61,958 nt of DNA from a virus: the IMG/VR virus record IMGVR_UViG_3300025759_000095. The stretch is one strand, 5' to 3'. A program made the translations under genes and the position numbers. Below are positions 15,856-23,400 of the stretch, piece after piece (position 1 is the stretch's first letter; each line of letters opens with the position of its first letter). The notes under the pieces were generated by a model. It had not been told where the DNA came from and searched no databases. It worked only from the letters and a program-made list of their open reading frames with translations.

Positions 15856-16224
15856 ATGAAAATGAAAAAAACTATGCTTAATGCTGTGCAAAAAGTAAAA
15901 ATGGCAATGGGTAAAAAAATGCCTAAGCTATCTATGGAATATCCAAAAATGAATAAAGGTTTCGATTCACTACCTTCTGATGTCCAAAATAAGATTATGA
16001 AAAAGAAACCTAAAGTGACAAAGAAAGTAGGTACTGGAGAAGGAAGAGCTAAACGAAAAGCTATACTAGATAAAGTTAGAAAAAAAGGTGAAGCAAAAGT
16101 AAGCCAAGATGTAGAAGATAGAAATAAGCGTATAGGTGGAAGAAGTACAATGAGAGACCCTTTACCGCCTAGGATGGTGATGGCTAAGAAGAAGCCTAAA
16201 ATGGCTATGAGAAAGAAAAAGTAA
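15856..16224 (+). CDS. Lys/Met-rich highly basic protein (122 aa)
   Basis: Low-complexity K/M/R-rich sequence (MKMKKTM...KKKPKVTKK...MAKKKPKMAMRKKK). Confidence 0.5.
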   Translation: MKMKKTMLNAVQKVKMAMGKKMPKLSMEYPKMNKGFDSLPSDVQNKIMKKKPKVTKKVGTGEGRAKRKAILDKVRKKGEAKVSQDVEDRNKRIGGRSTMRDPLPPRMVMAKKKPKMAMRKKK

Positions 16225-16589
16225 TGGCATTTAATTTAAAAAATATTTATGAGGTTTTCGGACACAATAAAGAATTCTCTAACGGAGATAGAATTGTTGT
16301 GGAAAAAAAAATGTCTAAAAAAGTTTTAGGTCAAATAAATCCCAATGGTGTTATTGAGATAAATAAAGATGCAACACCTGCAAATAAACGCAGGGCAGTA
16401 AAGCATGAGCAAGTTCATCTAGATCAAATTAGATTAGGCTTGTTGCATTTTGATCATAACAATTATCATTATAGAGAAAGCATAACTTCACCAATTCAGA
16501 CAATACCAAGTAGTAAGATTAACACACACGACAGAAGTTTGCCGTGGGAAATACAAGCACACAATGGGCGAATTAAAAAAATGGGTTAA
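16224..16589 (+). CDS. Small HExxH-motif protein (121 aa), possible minimal metallopeptidase
   Basis: Contains RRAVKHEQVHLDQIRLGLLHFDH (HEQVH = HExxH, with further His downstream). The start overlaps the previous stop. Confidence 0.4.
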   Translation: MAFNLKNIYEVFGHNKEFSNGDRIVVEKKMSKKVLGQINPNGVIEINKDATPANKRRAVKHEQVHLDQIRLGLLHFDHNNYHYRESITSPIQTIPSSKINTHDRSLPWEIQAHNGRIKKMG

Positions 16590-16803
16590 ACAAAAATGGG
16601 TTCGTATCGGCACCGATGGTAAAATCAAAGGCCCTTGTGGTACGTCTAAAAACAAAAAGAATCCGGATAGGTGTTTGCCATTAGCGAAAGCTAGAAGATT
16701 AAGTAAAAAACAATTAGCAGCAACAGCTAAGAAAAAAAAGAGACAAGGTGGATCTCGTCAATTTGTTTCTAATACTAGTGCTGCAAAAGTAAGAAACGCG
16801 TAA
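16564..16803 (+). CDS. Small basic protein (79 aa)
   Basis: MGELKKWVKQKWVRIGTDGKIKGPCGTSKNKKNPDRCLPLAKARRLSKKQ... I recall a KWV.IG..G....PCG.........C.P..KA..LS pattern in small proteins of marine phages and large DNA viruses, but have not verified it. Confidence 0.5.
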   Translation: MGELKKWVKQKWVRIGTDGKIKGPCGTSKNKKNPDRCLPLAKARRLSKKQLAATAKKKKRQGGSRQFVSNTSAAKVRNA

Positions 16804-16804
16804 T

Positions 16805-17095
16805 ATGGCAACTAAAAAAAACATGCCATGTAATAAAGTGAGGCCATCTACAAGACCAGGTAAAAAGAAAATGGTAAAAGCTTGTGAGGGTGGTAGAGAA
16901 AAATTAATTCACTTTGGAGCTAAGGGTTACGGGCATAATTATTCTGCAGCAGCAAGAAAAAGTTTTAGAGCAAGACATAAGTGCGGAACAGCCAAATCAA
17001 AACTAACAGCGAGATATTGGGCGTGTAAAAAATTATGGGCAGGTAAGGGTGGAAGCACCAAGTCTTCACCTAAAAATAGACAGGGAAAATATTAG
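16805..17095 (+). CDS. Small basic protein (96 aa)
   Basis: KLIHFGAKGYGHNYSAAARKSFRARHKC....SKLTARYWACKKLW. From memory this resembles a widespread small viral protein family (..FG......RR..Y..RH......TAGFW....LW). Confidence 0.5.
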   Translation: MATKKNMPCNKVRPSTRPGKKKMVKACEGGREKLIHFGAKGYGHNYSAAARKSFRARHKCGTAKSKLTARYWACKKLWAGKGGSTKSSPKNRQGKY

Positions 17096-17103
17096 TATCT
17101 TTG
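17096..17103 (+). promoter_or_regulatory. Bacteroidota-type -7 promoter box (TATCTTTG, extended TATCTTTGTAAA)
   Basis: Exact match directly after the stop at 17095 and 28 nt upstream of the fibre B1 ATG (17132). Confidence 0.55.
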
Positions 17104-17131
17104 TAAATATTTAATAATCTAAAAAATAATT

Positions 17132-18544
17132 ATGGCAATTATACCTAACGCACAACAATTTCACACTTTATCGTCTACGGTAGATACTACAGAGAGAGGA
17201 TCAGCATTAGCCAATGCAAGTAGAGAGGTTTACACAATGCAAGATATTAAGGAGTCAATATCGGCAATAGATGGGTCGGGGGTACAATATGCTGTGCCTG
17301 TATTTACAGATGCAAATACTTTAACTAACCTACCAATAGGAGCAGCTGGACAAGTATTAACTTCTGGTGGTGCAGGATCAAACCCTTCATTTATAGATGT
17401 AGGTGTAAAAACCGGCACACAAAATACAGGAATAGGATTTGAAGCTGCATCTACAGGAAGCGGAGGTCAATATAATACGGTCTTTGGACATCAAGCAGGA
17501 ATAGGAGTATTAGGCACTAACTACAATACAATTATTGGGGCTTCAGCATTTCCAAATATAACAGGTAATAGTGCTAATAACACTACTGTTGGTATGTTTG
17601 CTATGAATTCAGGTTCCGATAATATTGAAAAATGTGTGGCTGTTGGTAATTTTGCGTTAAGGTATATTAGTAGATCTGCTTTAGGTGGTGAAAATACTGG
17701 GATAGGGTATAAAGCAGGGGAGGATATAACAACAGGTAATGGTAACGTATTTGTGGGAAGTGAAGCAGGAAAAAATTGCGATACTGGAAACCTCAACACA
17801 GGAATAGGGAAGTTAGCTTTATATAGTTGTACTGGTACTAATAACAACGTAGGAATAGGAAGTTCATCTTTATATAACTTATTAGCTGCAAACGCAAATG
17901 TTGCTGTAGGAAATACATCTTTAAATACACTTCAAAGTGGAGAAAAAAATGTTGCTATGGGACATCAAGCTGGATACGGAATTACAGGTAACGAAAATAT
18001 AGCTGTTGGGTGGAGCTCAGCATTTAATTCTTTGTCAGGAGACAACAATGTGGTAATAGGAAACTTTGCTAATGCGAGCGGCGCGGCTGTTTCAAATGAA
18101 ATTACTTTAGGAAACTCAAGTATAACAACTCTTAGATGTCAAGTTACTTCTATAACTTCTTTATCTGATGAAAGAGATAAAACGGACATAGTTGATTTAG
18201 ACAAAGGACTAGAAACAATAATGGCGCTAAAACCTAGAAAATTTGTATGGAACAATAGACCTGAGCAAACAATTAAAACATGTATTCCAAAACAAGTTGA
18301 TGAGGAAGGCAATGTTATTGAAGAAGAAGTGATTGAATATGATGAAGTAGTAAGTTCAAAAAAAGGAAGTAAAGACGTTGGGTTTATTGCTCAAGAACTT
18401 CAAACAGTAGACGATGATTTTCTTCAATTAGTATATGATGTTAATCCGGAAAAATTAGAAGCAAGTTATGGTAGACTGATTCCAGTATTAGTAAAAGCGA
18501 TACAGGACTTATCAGCTAAAGTAACAGAATTAGAAAATAAATAA
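17132..18544 (+). CDS. Tail fibre paralogue B1 (470 aa) with S74-type chaperone domain
   Basis: N-terminal module MAIIPNAQQFHTLSSTVDTTERGSALANASREVYTMQDI is shared with B2 and B3. The centre consists of short Gly/Asn-rich repeats (N..(I/V)G..A). The conserved junction NEITLGNSSITTLRCQVTSITSLSDERDK precedes the chaperone domain (from nt 18164), which ends ...YGRLIPVLVKAIQDLSAKV. Confidence 0.85.
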   Translation: MAIIPNAQQFHTLSSTVDTTERGSALANASREVYTMQDIKESISAIDGSGVQYAVPVFTDANTLTNLPIGAAGQVLTSGGAGSNPSFIDVGVKTGTQNTGIGFEAASTGSGGQYNTVFGHQAGIGVLGTNYNTIIGASAFPNITGNSANNTTVGMFAMNSGSDNIEKCVAVGNFALRYISRSALGGENTGIGYKAGEDITTGNGNVFVGSEAGKNCDTGNLNTGIGKLALYSCTGTNNNVGIGSSSLYNLLAANANVAVGNTSLNTLQSGEKNVAMGHQAGYGITGNENIAVGWSSAFNSLSGDNNVVIGNFANASGAAVSNEITLGNSSITTLRCQVTSITSLSDERDKTDIVDLDKGLETIMALKPRKFVWNNRPEQTIKTCIPKQVDEEGNVIEEEVIEYDEVVSSKKGSKDVGFIAQELQTVDDDFLQLVYDVNPEKLEASYGRLIPVLVKAIQDLSAKVTELENK

Positions 18545-18552
18545 AATTAATC

Positions 18553-20073
18553 ATGGCAATAATACCTACAGGACAACAATTTCACACCCTTTCATCTACG
18601 GTAAGTACACTTGAAAGAGGTTCTGCTTATGCAAATGCAAGCAGAGAATCATTTACAATGCAAGATATAATAGACACTATATCAGCAACAGGAGGAGCAA
18701 TTGACGGATCTGGTACAGCTAGAACAATTCCTTTTTTTACAGATTCTAATACTATTGGAGATTCGCCCTTGATAGTAAGCACTTTTGTCCCCGGTGATGG
18801 CTTAGCGCAAATAAAATTTACGGATGGGTATAGATTTATTATAAACAGACCAGCAACTGTAACTAGTGGAGATCAAGAATACGCAATTACTCAAGATGAT
18901 GTTAATAAAGTTTCATTCGGTTGGGATGATGATGGAGGTGGTTTTGGATTTTTATATAACTGGGCTGGATTTGGTTGGAGAATTGGAGCAGCAGGTAATA
19001 ATCCTATGCTTGAAATTGTTACAACTGCAGGATCAGAAAGTGTAAATCTTCATAAACAAGTTGAATTTAAAGATTACGGAAGTGGTACTTATACAGGTAC
19101 AGCAGCTTATACTCTAGCAGTTGATGCTAGTGGTAATGTAATAGAAGAAGCTGCTGGGGGCGGAGGAGTTCCTTTTATTTTAGGGGGAACAAATTTTGCA
19201 AACTCTCTTAAAGTTGGAGATACTACTACCGGTACATTAAGCGCTGCAGAGTATAATGTAGGAGTTGGTGTTGCCTCTATGGATGCTATCACAAGCGCCG
19301 ACAGTTGTACGGCAGTAGGCTGGAGCAGTCTTGGCACTCTTACATCAGGAGGAGACAATACAGCCATGGGAAGTTTGGCAGGTAACGGTATAAGTTCAGG
19401 ACAGAACAATGTAAATATTGGAGCGAAATCATGTCAAAGTGGTAATACAAATTATAGCACTGGTGTGGGAGCCAGAACTTTGAGGTTTGGAGCAGCAGGA
19501 GCGGATAATAATGTAGCAGTAGGGTTTAGTGCAGGTATACAAACAGAAGGAGCTCAAAACACAATGTTAGGAGCTCAAGCTGGAGGTAATTTAACTACAG
19601 GGGCTAACAATACAATTGTAGGGTATGACGCAGAGCCATCATCCGCTACAGTATCCAATGAAATAACTTTAGGTAATTCAAGTGTTTCTGTCATAAGAGC
19701 GGCTGTAACAAGCATAACTTCATTATCTGATGAAAGAGATAAAAAAGACATAAAAGACATTACATACGGATTGGATTTTGTAAGTAAACTACAACCAAGG
19801 GAATTTGTATGGGACAATAGAGCAGAAAAAAGAGTTGTATTAGATGACGAGGGTAATGTAGAAAGTGAAACAGAACATTACAGTGATAATAAAAACAAAA
19901 AAGATTTTGGATTTATTGCACAAGAAGTTCAGGTTCACGACGATGATACCTTAAGATTAATATACGATGCAAACCCTGATAAATTAGAAATGAGCTATGG
20001 TAAACTAGTGCCAATACTCGTAAAAGCGATACAGGACTTATCAGCTGAATTAGATAAAAAACAAGATAAATAA
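18553..20073 (+). CDS. Tail fibre paralogue B2 (506 aa) with S74-type chaperone domain
   Basis: N-terminal module MAIIPTGQQFHTLSSTVSTLERGSAYANASRESFTMQDI. The central region is unique. NEITLGNSSVSVIRAAVTSITSLSDERDKKDI (chaperone domain from nt 19726) ends ...YGKLVPILVKAIQDLSAEL. Confidence 0.85.
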   Translation: MAIIPTGQQFHTLSSTVSTLERGSAYANASRESFTMQDIIDTISATGGAIDGSGTARTIPFFTDSNTIGDSPLIVSTFVPGDGLAQIKFTDGYRFIINRPATVTSGDQEYAITQDDVNKVSFGWDDDGGGFGFLYNWAGFGWRIGAAGNNPMLEIVTTAGSESVNLHKQVEFKDYGSGTYTGTAAYTLAVDASGNVIEEAAGGGGVPFILGGTNFANSLKVGDTTTGTLSAAEYNVGVGVASMDAITSADSCTAVGWSSLGTLTSGGDNTAMGSLAGNGISSGQNNVNIGAKSCQSGNTNYSTGVGARTLRFGAAGADNNVAVGFSAGIQTEGAQNTMLGAQAGGNLTTGANNTIVGYDAEPSSATVSNEITLGNSSVSVIRAAVTSITSLSDERDKKDIKDITYGLDFVSKLQPREFVWDNRAEKRVVLDDEGNVESETEHYSDNKNKKDFGFIAQEVQVHDDDTLRLIYDANPDKLEMSYGKLVPILVKAIQDLSAELDKKQDK

Positions 20074-20079
20074 TATGCT

Positions 20080-21495
20080 ATGGCAATAATCCCCACAGGG
20101 CAGCAATTTCACACTTTATCATCTACGGTAAGTACACTTGAAAGAGGTTCTGCTTATGCAAATGCAAGCAGAGAATCATACACAATGCAAGATATACTAG
20201 ATACTGTGTCAGCAGGCGGAGGAGGATTTCCATTTTTAATAGACACACAATCTTTATACGCTGGCTATGTTCCGCAGTTTTTATCAGGAAACCCACAAGG
20301 AAATACGTTTTTAGGAATTGACACTGGTCAATACCACACTACAGGTGTATCTAATACTGCTATAGGTTACAAAGCAATGGTTGGAGGATTTGATGGAGAG
20401 GGTGATGAATGTGTGTTTATTGGTTATGAAGCAGGGCTAGGTAACAATACTGAAGATAGAAACGTCGGTATTGGATACCGAGCAGCACTTTCCCCCTCTG
20501 GTAATGACAACGTAGCTGTAGGCCATAACGCTCAATCAGGAAATTCTAAAAATGTTTCAATAGGTTCTCAAGCAGGAGCTAATTTAAGTAGTGGTGCTGA
20601 AAATGTATTTATGGGAGCAAATGCTGGAGATGCTTTAACATCTGGAGATAGAAACATAGCAATTGGTACTGATGCATTAGGAGCAGCTACTGCATGTAGT
20701 GAAAACGTAGCAATAGGAGACGATGCTTTAGCTTCAAATAATGTATCTGGTAATTGGAATGTAGGTATAGGGAAAAGTGCTTTAAAAGTATTAACTAGCG
20801 GACAAAGAAACGTTGCTATGGGTGGATACTTTGCCGGAGACGCTTTAACAACGGGGTCGAATAATACAACAATAGGCTTTTGGAGTTTAAGCGCAGAGCA
20901 AACAGGAAGTGGAAACGTTGCGTTAGGTGAAAGCGCATTAAAAGGTCAAAACGCATCAACAACTACCTCTAATGCAAATATAGGTATAGGATATAGCGCT
21001 GGTAGTTCTTTATCAACCGGGACCAATAATATTGTTATAGGTACTAACGCTCAAGCTTCAAGCGCTACTGTAACAAATGAAATAACTTTAGGTAATTCTA
21101 GCATTACAGTAATAAGGGCAGCTGTAACAAGTATAACTTCTTTATCTGATGAAAGAGATAAAAAAGATATAGAAGATTTAGACACGGGATTAAATTTCGT
21201 GAATGCATTAAAACCTCGTAAATTTGTATGGGACAACAGAAGTGAAACAATAACAGAGCAGCAGATTGATGAAAATGGTGACATTACTGATATAGAAAAA
21301 GAATTAATAAATTCTAATAAAGGTAAAAAAGACTTTGGATTTATAGCTCAAGAAGTTAAATCATTAGATAATGACACTTTAAGATTAATATACGACGAAA
21401 ATCCTGACAAACTAGAAATGAGCTATGGTAAACTAGTGCCAATACTAGTAAAAGCAATACAAGAATTATCAGCTGAATTAGATTTGTTAAAGTAA
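20080..21495 (+). CDS. Tail fibre paralogue B3 (471 aa) with S74-type chaperone domain
   Basis: N-terminal module MAIIPTGQQFHTLSSTVSTLERGSAYANASRESYTMQDI. The central region is unique. NEITLGNSSITVIRAAVTSITSLSDERDKKDI (chaperone domain from nt 21145) ends ...YGKLVPILVKAIQELSAEL. Confidence 0.85.
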   Translation: MAIIPTGQQFHTLSSTVSTLERGSAYANASRESYTMQDILDTVSAGGGGFPFLIDTQSLYAGYVPQFLSGNPQGNTFLGIDTGQYHTTGVSNTAIGYKAMVGGFDGEGDECVFIGYEAGLGNNTEDRNVGIGYRAALSPSGNDNVAVGHNAQSGNSKNVSIGSQAGANLSSGAENVFMGANAGDALTSGDRNIAIGTDALGAATACSENVAIGDDALASNNVSGNWNVGIGKSALKVLTSGQRNVAMGGYFAGDALTTGSNNTTIGFWSLSAEQTGSGNVALGESALKGQNASTTTSNANIGIGYSAGSSLSTGTNNIVIGTNAQASSATVTNEITLGNSSITVIRAAVTSITSLSDERDKKDIEDLDTGLNFVNALKPRKFVWDNRSETITEQQIDENGDITDIEKELINSNKGKKDFGFIAQEVKSLDNDTLRLIYDENPDKLEMSYGKLVPILVKAIQELSAELDLLK

Positions 21496-21506
21496 ATAAT
21501 AATACA

Positions 21507-21514
21507 TAAATTTG
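21507..21514 (+). promoter_or_regulatory. Candidate -7 promoter box (TAAATTTG)
   Basis: Exact TAnnTTTG in the 47-nt gap after fibre B3, 28 nt upstream of the ATG at 21543. Confidence 0.35.
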
Positions 21515-21542
21515 AAAAACATTAATATTAAAATTAAATAAA

Positions 21543-21800
21543 ATGAGTGAACAAGTAAAAAAAGTAAGTGAAGAACATTTAAGTAAACTTCAAGAATTAA
21601 ACCAACAATTCACCACCATGCATCAACAAGTTGCTGAGCTAGAGGTAAGAAAATTCCAGGTAGTTGCTGGTATTGAAACTTTAAGAGCTGAGTTTAAAAC
21701 TTTTGAAGGCGAGTTAATTAAAGAATACGGAGACAACGTAGTTATTAATTTACAAACTGGTGAAATAAAAGACAAACCAGAAGATGGCGAAAATAAGTAA
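21543..21800 (+). CDS. Small coiled-coil protein (85 aa)
   Basis: Heptad-like charged sequence (LSKLQELNQQFTTMHQQVAELEVRKFQVVAGIETLRAEFKTFEGEL). Confidence 0.5.
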   Translation: MSEQVKKVSEEHLSKLQELNQQFTTMHQQVAELEVRKFQVVAGIETLRAEFKTFEGELIKEYGDNVVINLQTGEIKDKPEDGENK

Positions 21801-22332
21801 TATAACAGCATACCCTACAATTAGTAATTTAGAAGGAAGCGATTATTTAATTATAACAGATGCGAATAATTCCTTAGCAACTAAAACTGTAACTCTTTCA
21901 CAAGTTCAAAGTTTTTTAGGTTTAGCTTCGGATTCTCCTGTAATAGCAAATGTTTCTGTAAGTAGCGCAACCTTATTAACATTAGCTACTACGCCAGCAA
22001 CTTTAGTTGCAGCACCAGGAGCAGGAAAAGTTCTTGATATAATAAGCATAATGTGTTATATGGACGCAGGGGCAACTCCTTATGATTTCACACCTAGTTT
22101 GCCAGTTAAAATAGGTTCTGAAACGATAGGATCGGTTTCAAATGGCGGAACAGCTATGAATACAGCTGTGGACGCAGTTTTTAAACCTGAGACTCCTAAC
22201 TCCTCTACAGAAATTATAGCGCAAAACACTGCGTTAACTTTACACGCTGGTGGAAGTAATCCTACACAGGGCACAGGAGTTTTATATGTAAATGTATACT
22301 ACAGGGTGTTAACTGTCGGTTCAAGCTTCTAA
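21784..22332 (+). CDS. Tail-fibre-like / tail-associated protein (182 aa)
   Basis: The N-terminus MAKISNITAYPTISNLEGSDYLIITDANNSLATKTVTLSQVQSFLG follows the I(S/T).(L/I)......L...D.L.I.D......TK..T...(L/V) attachment motif I associate with podophage fibre N-termini. It is loosely similar to the A-family N-termini. Confidence 0.5.
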   Translation: MAKISNITAYPTISNLEGSDYLIITDANNSLATKTVTLSQVQSFLGLASDSPVIANVSVSSATLLTLATTPATLVAAPGAGKVLDIISIMCYMDAGATPYDFTPSLPVKIGSETIGSVSNGGTAMNTAVDAVFKPETPNSSTEIIAQNTALTLHAGGSNPTQGTGVLYVNVYYRVLTVGSSF

Positions 22333-22337
22333 TCAAA

Positions 22338-22562
22338 ATGGATATTAGGAAGATTTCAATAGGCTCGGACTATAAGTCTAGTGCTATGCACTATCTTGTA
22401 GGTCAATCAATTTTAGGCGGCTCATATACTATTCATTTAATTCAATACGAAAGCAGCAGTGATTCAATAAAAATATGGATAGAAAGGCAAAATGAAATAT
22501 TACTATGGAAAGAGTTTAATTCTAACATGCCTATATCTATAGAATATAATATTAATTTTTAA
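22338..22562 (+). CDS. Hypothetical protein (74 aa)
   Basis: ORF tightly packed between neighbours. No motif recognised. Confidence 0.45.
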   Translation: MDIRKISIGSDYKSSAMHYLVGQSILGGSYTIHLIQYESSSDSIKIWIERQNEILLWKEFNSNMPISIEYNINF

Positions 22563-23125
22563 TGAAATCCCCACACTATTTTATCGTAAAACCTTTGAAG
22601 GGTAGAAGGTATGATAATATAAAAAAAATAGGTGGAATAGATTTTTATACTAGCGTATCACAGGAAGATCACACGGCTACAAACCGATTTGCAGAAGTTG
22701 TAAGCACCCCTTTAAATTACAAAGGTGATATAGACAAGGGGGATATTCTGTTAGTTCATCATAATGTATTTAAGATATATTATGACATGAAGGGTAGGGA
22801 AAAAAGTGGTAGAAGTTTTTTCAAAGAGGATTTGTTTTTTATAGACTATGATCAGTTTTATATGTATTGCAAAAATAATAAATGGAAAACTCATTCAAAG
22901 TATTGTTTCATAAAACCTGTTTCAGTTCGTGAATCCATAATCATGAAGCCAGTTGAAGAAGAGCCATTAGTGGGTATTGTTAAATACACTAATCCTATAT
23001 TGACAAAACTAGGCGTAAAAGAAAATGATGAAGTGGTGTTTGAGCCAGAATGCGAATATCCATTTTACATAAATGGAGAGAAACTCTACAGGATGTTTTG
23101 GAATAATATAACTATGGTATTATGA
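22562..23125 (+). CDS. Hypothetical protein (187 aa) with possible Cpn10/GroES-like beta-barrel segments
   Basis: YFIVKPLKGRRYDNIKKIGGIDFYTS...FAEVVSTP....IDKGDILLVHHNVF, and a second segment LVGIVKYTNP...LGVKENDEVVFEPECEYPFYINGEKLYRM, loosely follow the GroES pattern (KPL.DRV.V......T.GGI.L....G.V.AVG....VK.GD.V.F). The resemblance is weak and by eye only. Confidence 0.3.
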   Translation: MKSPHYFIVKPLKGRRYDNIKKIGGIDFYTSVSQEDHTATNRFAEVVSTPLNYKGDIDKGDILLVHHNVFKIYYDMKGREKSGRSFFKEDLFFIDYDQFYMYCKNNKWKTHSKYCFIKPVSVRESIIMKPVEEEPLVGIVKYTNPILTKLGVKENDEVVFEPECEYPFYINGEKLYRMFWNNITMVL

Positions 23126-23400
23126 AGTCATCAGAAGATTTAAAGTTAGATATAATTAGCGCAGGAAGAGAGGCTGTAGCTCAGCTTATTAAAGTTGCTA
23201 AAGAAGATATAATTAAGTACGATAAAGATGATGAGTTGGCGGCAGATAGATTAAAAAATGCAGCGGCTACAAAAAAGCTAGCTATATTCGATGCGTTTGA
23301 AATATTAACTAGAATTGAATTAGAAAAAGATTTGTTGAACGGAGTAGAAAAAGAAGAGGAAAAATCAAGACAGGGGTTTGCAGAAAGAAGGTCAAAATAA
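23122..23400 (+). CDS. Small helical protein (92 aa), small terminase subunit candidate by position
   Basis: Lies immediately upstream of, and overlaps by 23 nt, the large terminase gene. Charged helical composition. No motif evidence. Confidence 0.3.
   Translation: MKSSEDLKLDIISAGREAVAQLIKVAKEDIIKYDKDDELAADRLKNAAATKKLAIFDAFEILTRIELEKDLLNGVEKEEEKSRQGFAERRSK

Noticed and set aside
4626-21495. A diversity-generating retroelement acting on the fibre genes (template/variable repeat pair)
   Set aside because: No reverse transcriptase gene is present anywhere in the window. The identical tracts between paralogues lie in conserved N- and C-terminal modules rather than in adenine-mutated variable regions. 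Homologous recombination explains them better.
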